IMG/VR virus record: IMGVR_UViG_3300006754_000024
Location: 1-54,028 of that record
Length of the DNA: 54,028 nucleotides
From: a virus
Lineage: Duplodnaviria; Caudoviricetes
Direction: 5' to 3' (one strand)
Each line of letters starts with the position of its first letter. Positions within the stretch are counted from its first letter, which is position 1. The notes under the pieces were generated by a model. It ran no database searches and had not been told where the DNA came from. It saw nothing but the letters and a program-made list of their open reading frames with translations. Both the position numbers and the translations under genes were made by a program. Positions 26,216 to 35,848 of the stretch are shown here, piece by piece.

Positions 26216-27451
26216 ATGCCTCGTCGACGAGGACAGCAATACCGTAGGCGCCGTTCGGCATCGAATCCGGTGGCTCGTGCGCGAGCTCTCGTTCGGATTG
26301 CGAAGCGCACCGGACGCCCAGAAGATTCTCAGAAAGCGGTAGCCTTTATAAAGGCGCATCCTCGTCTGATGAGTGTTCCGGACCTGCGGGCCTTCACCAC
26401 CCAGCACACAGGCCAGGCACCAGGACCAGGTTTCAAAGGAATCCGCAGGCGGACACCCAAAGCAGCCTATCGACGCGGTCGATATCGCTGGCTGAACCAG
26501 CCAGGCGGCGGATGGTCTCCACAGACTCCATCCGTCATTCCCCACCAGTTCGAGCCGGCTACCGGATACCCCCAGACTTGGACGGCAGAAGGCGGCGTCG
26601 TTCCAGATCCGCTCGTGTACGAGGACGAGCCGACCAGGGGTCCCATGCTGTGGTCCGAAGACATGGCAACAGCTACACCGCTCGCAGGCTATGGCGCGAA
26701 TGTGGCCGGCAACAGTCCATACGGTGGACGAAAGAGGTGGCTCCGGGACTTCCGGTATAACGACCGGATTCCCTCGGAGTTCGAGGTTCGACAAATGGTG
26801 CGTGATGCCTTGGACCTGTCCTCAGAGATTAACGATCCCTATTCCTGGGGAAGCAAACAAGCCTGGCCGATCGAATGGTTGAGCCTTACTCCACAAGAGC
26901 AAGACGGACTCTTTAGATTCGACAATTACTGGAACCAGACACCGGCTGGTCTGTTGTCTGCCAATGGAGTCATAACCCTTCCTTCACACAGTACATTTAT
27001 GTCGATGATCGGGGGGCCGCATCGGTTAGATGGCTACGGAAAGCTATTCGGAGGAGGGCGACTTCGCGATCGTTTTGGCTACAAACCTCTAGCCCGTAGG
27101 CGATGGCAAAAACAGGTTTTGAAATCCAGAAGGCTAAAGGCTCAACTAGACCGAATGCCTGACAATCATCCGGCCAGAAAGCGGGTTTACCGTCGCTGGT
27201 TGAGAGTGGTAGAAAAACTAAAAACCAATCCCAACACGGTGAACATCACCGAAATAGATGGCACGGAAACAGATGGATTCGGAGCGTTCAACATCTCCTT
27301 CGGAGAGAGTCCTTTCCAGAAGGCTTCTGCTCTCGCCATTCTTGGCGGAACAGCGATGTACTTCCTGTCGAAGAAGAACAAAAGCAAGAAGCAGGGCATG
27401 AACGTCGCGACTCTCGGCGGGGCTGCTTACGCTCTCACCCTGCTCACCTGA
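26216..27451 (+). CDS. Arg-rich modular virion/core protein with a C-terminal membrane hairpin
   Basis: Basic N-terminus; LAGYG, LDGYG and TDGFG motifs; two C-terminal hydrophobic segments. Confidence 0.7.
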   Translation: MPRRRGQQYRRRRSASNPVARARALVRIAKRTGRPEDSQKAVAFIKAHPRLMSVPDLRAFTTQHTGQAPGPGFKGIRRRTPKAAYRRGRYRWLNQPGGGWSPQTPSVIPHQFEPATGYPQTWTAEGGVVPDPLVYEDEPTRGPMLWSEDMATATPLAGYGANVAGNSPYGGRKRWLRDFRYNDRIPSEFEVRQMVRDALDLSSEINDPYSWGSKQAWPIEWLSLTPQEQDGLFRFDNYWNQTPAGLLSANGVITLPSHSTFMSMIGGPHRLDGYGKLFGGGRLRDRFGYKPLARRRWQKQVLKSRRLKAQLDRMPDNHPARKRVYRRWLRVVEKLKTNPNTVNITEIDGTETDGFGAFNISFGESPFQKASALAILGGTAMYFLSKKNKSKKQGMNVATLGGAAYALTLLT

Positions 27452-27469
27452 GCTCAGGAGAAATCAGCT

Positions 27470-28663
27470 ATGGCTTATCGAATGGTTAATTACGGACGGA
27501 CGCCGTCTTACGGTCACTATGCGGGTGCTCCGATGGACCCGCGCGTAAATCTCGCCGGCCGCGTCTATTGGCATCTGGCCTACGATGTCAGTTCCAAGGG
27601 CTACGCACAGTCCTGGCGCAATCTTGACGAAACCTGGAAAACTATCCTGGTTTCCTTTCCCCTCGATGCCCCAGGCTACTATCTTCACCAGGCCATTACG
27701 AACAACCTGCTAACTGACGTGCCCGGTGAGGTCCTCTCTGCGACTACTCCCAACTGGAGCGGCTACGGCGTGGCTCTGGCCACCGCAGCGGCAACGACGG
27801 GCCTGAAACGTGCCTTCGATTCGGCAAAGCTCCCGGTTCTCGCGAGCTCTCGCAATATCCAACGACTGAACGACCAGCTCCGAAAGCTGGTGGCTCGGCG
27901 AAAGAGGGTATCGAACAAGCTCCGACAGAAGAGCCTCGACAAGCGCATCAAGAGCCTGAAGGCACGCATCAAGAAGGCGACAAAGAAGACGAGAGACCTG
28001 GCCAAAAAGAGAAGGTCGAAAGGGAAGGAGCTCAGCAGGTACCGACAGAGGTCGCTGGATACAGCCAAGAAGATCAAACGGGCCAAGGCCAAGCGAGCCA
28101 AGAGAAAGAAGGCACAGAAGCCAGGAATCGATCATCTCAAAGATCAATATCCGTGGGCTTTCCGAAGCACGCCTCCTAAGTGGTTTATGCGCGGGAAACC
28201 CAAGACGCGGCGCACGTCGGCATGGAAGAAGCTGAGCCCTCAGCAGCGGATCGGCAGATTCAGGCAGATGCAGCGGAGAAAGCCTCAAGGTGGCGGACAA
28301 CTACCATATAAGCGTCCTCCCCAGCAGTCGCCCTACGAGCCGAACGGGATGGCCGCAGAACAGGAGTTCGACATGGACTCCGGGATCTACGAGTCCGGTA
28401 CCCCCACGGCCGATATGATGGCTCCATACGCGCAGGAGGAGGCGATGGTCGAGGCCGAGCTCGACTCTGGAGTCGATGTAGACGGCGATCTGCTCGAGAT
28501 GGAGGCGAGCTCGAGACGTAACCTGACACCTTTGTGGATTGGTCTCGGTGCCGTTGGACTCATTGGAATCCTGGCGCTCACTTTCGGAAAGAAGAAAAGG
28601 AAGAAGGGAAAGGGAAAGGGAAAGGGAAAGCCTAAAGCCCCACCAGTGGCGGCGTATCCATGA
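27470..28663 (+). CDS. Highly basic tail-anchored protein
   Basis: AGGAG RBS; WSGYG; K/R-rich helix; acidic linker; TM plus KKKRKK(GK)n. Confidence 0.75.
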   Translation: MAYRMVNYGRTPSYGHYAGAPMDPRVNLAGRVYWHLAYDVSSKGYAQSWRNLDETWKTILVSFPLDAPGYYLHQAITNNLLTDVPGEVLSATTPNWSGYGVALATAAATTGLKRAFDSAKLPVLASSRNIQRLNDQLRKLVARRKRVSNKLRQKSLDKRIKSLKARIKKATKKTRDLAKKRRSKGKELSRYRQRSLDTAKKIKRAKAKRAKRKKAQKPGIDHLKDQYPWAFRSTPPKWFMRGKPKTRRTSAWKKLSPQQRIGRFRQMQRRKPQGGGQLPYKRPPQQSPYEPNGMAAEQEFDMDSGIYESGTPTADMMAPYAQEEAMVEAELDSGVDVDGDLLEMEASSRRNLTPLWIGLGAVGLIGILALTFGKKKRKKGKGKGKGKPKAPPVAAYP

Positions 28664-28935
28664 ACCTCGACGCCCGAACCCTGATGACTCTCGGTAGCAA
28701 GCTCCTCCACATTTTGAAGGACGCGAGCCAGCATGTCTCCCAGCTGAACCAGGCAGGGGAGGAGGTCTCGAGAGAGGCGCTCCAGTTCTATATCATGCTG
28801 AGATTCGAGAACTGGAACCCCAAAATCAAAGGGGTGTCGGTTCTGGATGATCAATCTCGAGTCGACGGTGCGGCTTTCCTTGCCGGGATTGCCTTTACAC
28901 TTGCCGCAGGCATGAAGGGACGGAGTGCTGCGTGA
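28660..28935 (+). CDS. Hypothetical protein
   Basis: ATGA coupling; hydrophobic C-terminus. Confidence 0.6.
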   Translation: MNLDARTLMTLGSKLLHILKDASQHVSQLNQAGEEVSREALQFYIMLRFENWNPKIKGVSVLDDQSRVDGAAFLAGIAFTLAAGMKGRSAA

Positions 28936-29510
28936 AGTTCACTCCCCACGGCCGTTCGACCTACGGGACGAACCCCGCCTGGGGTGAGGTTTCCTATGCG
29001 GGCGTATACGGAAACGAGGCCGAGCTCGAGGCCGCACCTGTAGTCGCTCCGGAGGAGCAGCTTTCGGTCCCTCAGCTCATTGAGGCCGTGGTGTTTTCTT
29101 TCCAGACCGTAGGACAGGACGAAGGCTTGCGCGTAGCGGCCGAAAACTCGAGAGGGCAAAGCCCCGCCTTGGTTTTGGCCGCGACGGAGTATATCCGCAC
29201 GCGGAGCCTGAGCCCAGAAGACCTCGAGGCGAGAATCGCGGAGCTCCGAACAGAAGAGAGCCGAGCTCTTCAATCCGGGAACGCTAACGCTGCGCAGATC
29301 GCGTCTTATAAGATTCAGATGCTCCGCCGTCGCCACACGGGAATCGTCGACGAGGGCGAGCTCCAAGGGGTCCGGGACCTGACGGAGATATCGGGCCAGG
29401 CGAACAAATGGAAAGAGAGGCTCCCGCTTATCGGAATCGGAGTAGGCCTGGTTGGACTGATGATCACGCTCGGGGTGGTGAAGGTCCGCAAACGGGGGAA
29501 GAAGGGATGA
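28932..29510 (+). CDS. Tail-anchored membrane protein
   Basis: GTGA coupling; leader ending AGVYG; C-terminal TM plus KVRKRGKKG. Confidence 0.7.
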   Translation: MKFTPHGRSTYGTNPAWGEVSYAGVYGNEAELEAAPVVAPEEQLSVPQLIEAVVFSFQTVGQDEGLRVAAENSRGQSPALVLAATEYIRTRSLSPEDLEARIAELRTEESRALQSGNANAAQIASYKIQMLRRRHTGIVDEGELQGVRDLTEISGQANKWKERLPLIGIGVGLVGLMITLGVVKVRKRGKKG

Positions 29511-30169
29511 ACTACCTCACCGATGACATGAACACTTGGGACCAGGCCTATGAAGGATGGGGATGCTGTGGGTGCCCCACCACCGGAGCTCCTGCGGCGG
29601 ACTATAAAGGGCTGGCCGGGTATGGCCTGGTAGCGAATCCCTCCGTCGGCCGTCATTATTCGAGCCGCAGCGCCTACGGTGGAGTCTTCGACAACCTACG
29701 AACCTGGTGGCAGAACCGGAGCGCCAGCGACCGGGCCGGTTTGCTCGAACGGATTCGAGAGTGGAGAGCGGCGCGGCAAGCGGGACAAACAACGGAATCT
29801 ATCGACGATTGGATCGTCAGGATGAACCAACCGGGCGCGACCACCGAAGACGCGACGGCTATGGTGCCCAGAACGACCTTTTGGCAACGCCTCCGCTCGG
29901 CTTGGCAAGACCGGGCGCCCGTAGATACTGGTACTAGAGAAGAATGGCTCTCGGCGGGAACGACCGTGGCGGCGTCTCTGATGCCGAGCTCGGGAAGATC
30001 CGGGGTAGGAATGTCGGAACTCGAACAGGACGCTTTTCTGGCGCAATCAATGGCTCTCGCCGAGGCTCAGGAACGCGAGAGGAAAAAGAAGATTGTAATC
30101 GGCGCAGCGGTAGCGGTTGGAGTGATCGGGGTACTCATGTTTGCCACCGGACGGAAGAAAGGGGGATGA
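29507..30169 (+). CDS. Tail-anchored membrane protein
   Basis: ATGA coupling; YEGWG, LAGYG and SAYGG in the leader; C-terminal TM plus RKKGG. Confidence 0.7.
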   Translation: MNYLTDDMNTWDQAYEGWGCCGCPTTGAPAADYKGLAGYGLVANPSVGRHYSSRSAYGGVFDNLRTWWQNRSASDRAGLLERIREWRAARQAGQTTESIDDWIVRMNQPGATTEDATAMVPRTTFWQRLRSAWQDRAPVDTGTREEWLSAGTTVAASLMPSSGRSGVGMSELEQDAFLAQSMALAEAQERERKKKIVIGAAVAVGVIGVLMFATGRKKGG

Positions 30170-30172
30170 GAC

Positions 30173-30484
30173 ATGGTACTCGCAATTCTCGGAGTCGTGT
30201 CCGCAGTGATCTCTGCGACCGTTGCGGGCGTGAAGGGGGTCCAGGCTCGGAACGAGGCGACACGGACCGAGTTTCGGCGCAGGGAAGACTTCCACCGAGC
30301 TCAAGTCGTAGCGATGACGCAGGGATCACGCGAGCAGCTGGCCGCGATTCGTCGGTCCTCCTTGGATGCTCAGGCAGAGCAGGCCCGTCTATTGAACGAG
30401 AGCAAGGAATCGCAGAAGAAAGCCCTCATGTATGGGGCAGGAGCCGTCGTACTCGGAATGTTTATCCTCTCGGCTCGGAAATAG
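30173..30484 (+). CDS. Membrane protein (N- and C-terminal hydrophobic helices, coiled-coil centre)
   Basis: MVLAILGVVSAVISA...ALMYGAGAVVLGMFIL. Confidence 0.7.
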   Translation: MVLAILGVVSAVISATVAGVKGVQARNEATRTEFRRREDFHRAQVVAMTQGSREQLAAIRRSSLDAQAEQARLLNESKESQKKALMYGAGAVVLGMFILSARK

Positions 30485-30487
30485 ACA

Positions 30488-30811
30488 ATGTATGGAGTAG
30501 TCGATCCTGGACTGATAATACAAGGTGCATCGGCCCTCGTGGGGGCTGGCACTGGGGTGGGAACATCCGTGGGCTCCGGAAGGATTCAGAGTGCCATCGC
30601 TCGCGGTGCAGCGACCCAGGCGGAGCGAGAAGCTCTATGGCAGCAGGCCATGTCTTCACGGCAGACTCTCTCAGCTCAACGGGCAGCGGCGCTCTCTTCG
30701 GCGTTGTCTCCGGCTACGGAGGCGTTGATCGCCAGACGCAAACAGCAGACTTTCATCATTCTCGGAGCCTTCGCCCTGTTGGGCGGAATGTTCTGGCTGG
30801 CCTCGAGGTAG
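30488..30811 (+). CDS. Tail-anchored membrane protein
   Basis: Begins MYG; C-terminal FIILGAFALLGGMFWLA. Confidence 0.7.
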   Translation: MYGVVDPGLIIQGASALVGAGTGVGTSVGSGRIQSAIARGAATQAEREALWQQAMSSRQTLSAQRAAALSSALSPATEALIARRKQQTFIILGAFALLGGMFWLASR

Positions 30812-30820
30812 GATAGACGC

Positions 30821-31183
30821 ATGGCTACCAAGAAAGAAAAAAACACCCTGATTCTCCTCGCACTCGTGGGAACAGGTCTGTGCCTGGCCTACCGGAGAAA
30901 GAAGATGTCTTCGACTGTGGGCGGATACGGAGCCACGGCTAACCATGCCGCTCAATGGTATCCGGCCATGCAGAGAATGGGTGGGCCAGGTCCCGTAACT
31001 TGGACTCCCCTCGGACCATTTATAGAGCACGTAGGATGGGAGTGCGCCCATGCTCATCCTGGACTTTCTCACCAGCAGTGGACTCAGCTCTATATGCGGA
31101 AGTATTACGGCGTCGATCCGAGTGTCGGCCCGTCGGTGGTTCCAGCCCTAATCGGAAGCGATCCTGGAGCTGTGAAGATATGA
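30821..31183 (+). CDS. Membrane protein with an N-terminal anchor
   Basis: TM, then RRKK, then VGGYG. Confidence 0.65.
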   Translation: MATKKEKNTLILLALVGTGLCLAYRRKKMSSTVGGYGATANHAAQWYPAMQRMGGPGPVTWTPLGPFIEHVGWECAHAHPGLSHQQWTQLYMRKYYGVDPSVGPSVVPALIGSDPGAVKI

Positions 31184-31548
31184 GCTCCACCTACCCCTCG
31201 AGCGGACAGGTAACTGCCGCCCAGAAGAACCACATGGCTCTCGTCTTGATCGGCCAGATCCAGGAGCGAGTTCGGAGCACTGGTACAGGAGTCCATTGGA
31301 CCCGGATCTATGATGCTACGGGAGCCGATGCTTCTCAGAATCCGATCTACCAGGCCGTACTGAGCCAGGTACCGGCGGGACAGGTGGATACCGCTCCTGG
31401 AGCCTGGCTATTCGCACTCGGAAACGATGGGACCATCCTGGGGATTCCCGGAACCCGGTTCGCGGACACGTCCATGAATTATCACGGACACTGGTCCGAT
31501 TTCTCCTACTGGGGAGACTACGGAGAGGCGACATTATGGATGCGATGA
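31180..31548 (+). CDS. Hypothetical protein
   Basis: ATGA coupling; ends YWGDYGEATLWMR. Confidence 0.6.
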   Translation: MSSTYPSSGQVTAAQKNHMALVLIGQIQERVRSTGTGVHWTRIYDATGADASQNPIYQAVLSQVPAGQVDTAPGAWLFALGNDGTILGIPGTRFADTSMNYHGHWSDFSYWGDYGEATLWMR

Positions 31549-32447
31549 AACTGGTAAACGCGATTAGCGACCGAGCACAAGCCACGAATCGGCCCGTAAT
31601 GTGGGCCTCACTCACCGGAGACCAGAAAAGGCTCTTGAATACCGTCAAGCCAGAACGGGACGAGCTCTTCCGGGTAGGCGAGCTCGCGCTTTTCCGTGGG
31701 TCTTCTGCGGCTGGAGGCGGAGGAGCGGCAGCTGGTCCGGGCGGAATTGCTGGTTACGGCGGAGACGAGATCGGCCCTCAAAGCGGAACCATCCCGTCCT
31801 CGTCACTCCCAGTCACTACCGGGAGCTCCACTACCCTCGGGGGCGTCTGCACCTACACCAGCTATGGCCAGGCTAAGATCGCCTACCGGCAATACCGTGC
31901 GCTTGCGGCTCAGGCGAAGGCCGACGGCAAGATGGCCCTCTACCGCCACTATACTCTTCAATGGAAGTGCGCTCGAAACGAGATGGAGCGCCTCGGAGCT
32001 CCAACATATGAAGGCTATGGGTACTGGGGTGCCTACGGCGATGTCTGCACCCGCACCCAGAAATGGTATAACAAGCGGCTTGCCGCGCTCGAGAAATGGA
32101 GAGAGAACCCTCCCCGCCTCTTCGCCAACCGCCGTATCGCTCGGAAGGAAAGGCTCGTTCAAACCTCGCTGAACAAAGCTATTGCAAAGAACTGCGCATG
32201 GGCCACTGAAGGGGATAGGCAGGTGGAGCTCGCGGTCGCGGCCCAGGAACAGCAGGCCATCGACGCAGTAATGGCCCAGGAGTACCAGCAGGCTCAGCAG
32301 CAGCTCTCCACTTCCTCTAATGTGCTTGCGCGACAAGCGTCTGCTCCACCGATTGAGAAGCCTTGGGTTCTCGTGGCTGCCCTTGGTGGCGCCGGGCTGC
32401 TCTTCGCGATGGTGGCCGTCTGGCGGAAGCGGAGCCAGGCTGGATGA
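31536..32447 (+). CDS. Modular tail-anchored membrane protein
   Basis: IAGYG, YEGYG, WGAYG; C-terminal TM plus WRKR. Confidence 0.7.
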   Translation: MDAMKLVNAISDRAQATNRPVMWASLTGDQKRLLNTVKPERDELFRVGELALFRGSSAAGGGGAAAGPGGIAGYGGDEIGPQSGTIPSSSLPVTTGSSTTLGGVCTYTSYGQAKIAYRQYRALAAQAKADGKMALYRHYTLQWKCARNEMERLGAPTYEGYGYWGAYGDVCTRTQKWYNKRLAALEKWRENPPRLFANRRIARKERLVQTSLNKAIAKNCAWATEGDRQVELAVAAQEQQAIDAVMAQEYQQAQQQLSTSSNVLARQASAPPIEKPWVLVAALGGAGLLFAMVAVWRKRSQAG

Positions 32448-32890
32448 ACTCGTACCTTCCCATAAACTACGCCGGAGGCGGTTGGGCGGGCGACCCTGAG
32501 CAGCAAGAAGCTGCACAGGCGCTCATCGGACACGGCACGGGGATACTCAGCGAGCTCCTGTCTGATGCAGGCAGGGAAGGGCTTGCAGAGGACATCGAGA
32601 CATATGGGCCGGTGGTGGCCTCTACCGTCTCTGTTCTCCAGTCTCCGGAGCGCCAGGTGGGGATTCTGAGGAACCGGCTCGCTACCGCCGAACGCCTGAA
32701 TCTTCCAGAGGCATTTGTTGGGCGCATCCGAGCTCAACTCGCGGCAGCGGAATCGGCGCTCGCTCGCGAAAGGGAATCGGACGAGGCGGCATCTAAATTC
32801 CGCGAACTTGGTACAATTGCCTCATACGTCGGGATTGGCGTCGGGGTTTCTTTAATCATCCTATTTATGAGTCGAGCGTTTCGACGGTGA
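32444..32890 (+). CDS. Tail-anchored membrane protein
   Basis: ATGA coupling; coiled coil, then VGIGVGVSLIILFM plus RAFRR. Confidence 0.7.
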   Translation: MNSYLPINYAGGGWAGDPEQQEAAQALIGHGTGILSELLSDAGREGLAEDIETYGPVVASTVSVLQSPERQVGILRNRLATAERLNLPEAFVGRIRAQLAAAESALARERESDEAASKFRELGTIASYVGIGVGVSLIILFMSRAFRR

Positions 32891-32900
32891 GAGGCAAAAA

Positions 32901-33665
32901 ATGGACATAAGCACACTTTGGGCGAACAAGATGATCGGGCTCGGCGCGATCGGACTGGCAGGCGGTTACATCACAGGCAAGACCAAGAAGAAGAAGCAGA
33001 TGAATGCTCTCCTTGGAGCTGGTATCGGTGCGGGAGTTGGGGCCTTCCTCAACATGCGCCAAGAGGCAGCAGCATCCGAAGCGCTCTCTGGATATGGAGC
33101 TCCAGCGCAGATCACAGCCGGCCACATGGGACCGGGAATGATGTCCGGCGGCACCAGTGGCGGGAGCTCGATCCCTTACGTTGCCGCAGACGCAGGCCCA
33201 ACCGGAGCTCGGCGTCCACGAAAGGGAAGCTATGCGTACCGTCGAATCATGAAGCACCGGGAAGACCTGGCTGGGTATGGAGCCATCCGTCCGGCGCGTG
33301 GAACTCGTGCCTACCGACGGGTAACGAGCCCCATGCCTCCCTATTCTCCCGTTCCGATGCCGGTGGGGTCCTATCGTCCAGTCCACACGCCTCGAGCTCC
33401 GTACCGGAGGGTTCGCTCTCCGATGCCTCGCTATCAGGCCGTTCCGGGAATGCACCGGTCCTCCTATCATCGCCCGCACGCTTCGTATCGGACCAAGCAG
33501 TATTGTGCCCAGATCAAGCAAGCGATGGACGCGATGATGGCGGCTATGGCGAACAATCAGCCTATTCACGCATATCCTGGCGGTCCCGTGCTTTCTCCTG
33601 AACAGGCAAGAGCGAAGCTCCATCGGGTAAAGCAGGTTCACGCTCACTGGTGTTCGATGCTCTGA
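32901..33665 (+). CDS. Membrane/core protein with an N-terminal helical hairpin and Arg/Pro/Tyr repeats
   Basis: GAGG RBS; LSGYG and LAGYG; YRR(I/V) three times and SPMP twice. Confidence 0.7.
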   Translation: MDISTLWANKMIGLGAIGLAGGYITGKTKKKKQMNALLGAGIGAGVGAFLNMRQEAAASEALSGYGAPAQITAGHMGPGMMSGGTSGGSSIPYVAADAGPTGARRPRKGSYAYRRIMKHREDLAGYGAIRPARGTRAYRRVTSPMPPYSPVPMPVGSYRPVHTPRAPYRRVRSPMPRYQAVPGMHRSSYHRPHASYRTKQYCAQIKQAMDAMMAAMANNQPIHAYPGGPVLSPEQARAKLHRVKQVHAHWCSML

Positions 33666-33680
33666 GAGCAGGAGGGAAAT

Positions 33681-33842
33681 ATGATGTCCTACTACGCCGG
33701 CTGCGGCTGTGGCCCGAGCTGCGGCTGCGCTCCTTGTCGAACCGCCTACGGAAACTACGGCCGGTTTGATCCGAAAACGAATCTCATCCGAATCGGATTG
33801 GGAATCGGGCTGCTTGTACTCGTTTTGAAGTGGGGAAAGTAG
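33681..33842 (+). CDS. 53-aa Cys-rich tail-anchored peptide (not in the ORF track)
   Basis: GGAGG RBS at 33671-33675; MMSYYAGCGCGPSCGCAPCRTAYGNYGRFDPKTNLIRIGLGIGLLVLVLKWGK; fills the gap between neighbouring genes. Confidence 0.75.
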   Translation: MMSYYAGCGCGPSCGCAPCRTAYGNYGRFDPKTNLIRIGLGIGLLVLVLKWGK

Positions 33843-33843
33843 A

Positions 33844-34920
33844 ATGGCCCTTCCAGGAACCTTCGCCACCCCGATGACCATCTACGGCATCCTTGGCGCT
33901 GCCATAGGTTTTCCTATTGGCGGCATCAAGGGCTCCGTGAAGGGTGGCATCGGTGGGGTGGGGCTCGGAGCCCTGATAGGTCTCGCCAAGCGAGCCAACC
34001 CGAACGATCCGGATGCAGCCGTTCCTGAGATATGGCAACGGGACACCAGGCGTAGCTCCCTACTCCCGACATCGGAAATACTTCCCCCCGGAATCATGGA
34101 AGGAATGGGAGGAAGAGGAGGGAAGGCGTCGGACTACCAGATCGATCTCTCTCAGTTCGAGGGACTATCCACATTTGGAAAGGCCTGGGGCGCAATCCCT
34201 ATCGGAGACGTTGGAGGGGTTTTCAACCCGAGCTCGAGAACCATTCTCGGCGACGTGACTGTCATGGGATGGGACCCGGATCTCGGTCCTTCCAGTATCG
34301 AAACCAATATGATGAATTTCGTGGGAGTCACTCCGGTTAATCAGGATGACCTGGTGGTTCTCTTCGACTGGATGGCCTACCTCGCCTACAACATGAAAAA
34401 CTCGAGCAGCGATGCGGGAGAACACGGAATTACAACCGTGCGGGCTGATTCAACGGTCGCGGGCTACCGAGCTCGGCTCGAGAGATGTGGAAATACCAGG
34501 TTGACTCAGGACGAATCCATAGGCCAGCCGTCCCAGATGGTGTGTGGGCTTCGCGTCATTCGAGCGATGGTGAAGGCCGTGGAGGGGAGCCCGGCTGCGG
34601 TGGATGTCGTAGCGGCACGGCTCGCACGGAACTATTACGAGAACGTCGAGAAGCCTTTGCTGGGCAAAGAGACGGCCACCAGGTACGTTCCAGCTGCACT
34701 CGTGGGAGCGGTGCGACCTCCGGCCCCCTCCAGTTCGAGCTCGAGCTCGAGCTCGAGCTCGAGTGGCTCGAGCACCTATTCGCGACCGTCGGACACTCAG
34801 GTCGCGTTCTTCGAGAGGCGCGGGGTGAAGATCGGAGCAGGAGTGCTCGGTGGAGCTCTTCTCATCACCATCATCGCTCTCGCGGCGTCCGGACGCAAAA
34901 AGAGAGCGCCTGGTGTATGA
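33844..34920 (+). CDS. Membrane protein (N-terminal glycine zipper, C-terminal anchor)
   Basis: GxxxG-rich N-terminus; poly-Ser linker; TM plus RKKR. Confidence 0.7.
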   Translation: MALPGTFATPMTIYGILGAAIGFPIGGIKGSVKGGIGGVGLGALIGLAKRANPNDPDAAVPEIWQRDTRRSSLLPTSEILPPGIMEGMGGRGGKASDYQIDLSQFEGLSTFGKAWGAIPIGDVGGVFNPSSRTILGDVTVMGWDPDLGPSSIETNMMNFVGVTPVNQDDLVVLFDWMAYLAYNMKNSSSDAGEHGITTVRADSTVAGYRARLERCGNTRLTQDESIGQPSQMVCGLRVIRAMVKAVEGSPAAVDVVAARLARNYYENVEKPLLGKETATRYVPAALVGAVRPPAPSSSSSSSSSSSSGSSTYSRPSDTQVAFFERRGVKIGAGVLGGALLITIIALAASGRKKRAPGV

Positions 34921-35848
34921 CACTCGCCCATACGATTCGTGGAACGAGCTGAGCTCCTGGGGAAACTACGGGGAATGGAACCTTACGGCAGACGAGCTCA
35001 ACCGGGCCACGTCAGAGATATCTACCGTTCTCGACAACCTGGCCCAGTTTATCGACCGAAAGGCCGGCCTAATCACTCAATGTGCGATTCCGCTGGCGAT
35101 TCCCGACCCTGATTATCCCACCCCGGAGGCCGCCGACCATCGAGTGATCCAGCGCACCATTCGCAAGCTCCGAAGCGCAGCCACCCAGCTCCGATCTCGA
35201 GGATTTCGCGCTGGAGTGCATCCGAACCAGCTGCGGAAATTCATTTCGATGTGGATCAATGGCGATGCAGCTCTCGACGGAGGAGACCTCCTTTTTCAGA
35301 CTATCGCTGCCTGTTTGTGCGCTCCCTCCCGCACTGGGAGCGGGGGAATGTATGCGGCAGGACTCCCGGATATGGAAGGGACTCTAGGAAAAGACGCCAG
35401 CGGTTCCTGGTCCTGTAGGCCGAGCGTCATTCGGCGGACCTGGGGATTCGACGATCAGGCCGATGCGTGGGAGCGGAGCTGGATCGTCACACTTCCGACC
35501 GAGAGCAAGCCGGAAGGAGAGGGGGGATGGAGATGGCGGATTACGACGGACGGGATTTGGACCGTTGATAACGAGATCGACGATTTTCTCGGATCTGCGG
35601 TTTCCGCCCTCGTGTCTCGTGTCACGAGTACCCCCGCTCCCAGTACGGCCGCGCCAGGTGGCTCCGCTCCGCCAGGAGCGCCTCCCCCGCCAAGTGCGGA
35701 CACGATTTTAGGCATCAAAAAAAGCCTGTTCTTTGCAATCGTCGGGAGCGTTGGAGGCCTGGTCCTACTCGCCTCCATGATCGGAGTAGCGAAGCGCAGG
35801 CAACGACGAATTCAAGCTCAAAGGAGAGCAAGCTATGAGACGCTCTGA
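34913..35848 (+). CDS. Tail-anchored membrane protein
   Basis: Probable GTG start at 34913; leader ending WGNYG; Pro linker; TM plus KRRQRR. Confidence 0.65.
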   Translation: MYDTRPYDSWNELSSWGNYGEWNLTADELNRATSEISTVLDNLAQFIDRKAGLITQCAIPLAIPDPDYPTPEAADHRVIQRTIRKLRSAATQLRSRGFRAGVHPNQLRKFISMWINGDAALDGGDLLFQTIAACLCAPSRTGSGGMYAAGLPDMEGTLGKDASGSWSCRPSVIRRTWGFDDQADAWERSWIVTLPTESKPEGEGGWRWRITTDGIWTVDNEIDDFLGSAVSALVSRVTSTPAPSTAAPGGSAPPGAPPPPSADTILGIKKSLFFAIVGSVGGLVLLASMIGVAKRRQRRIQAQRRASYETL

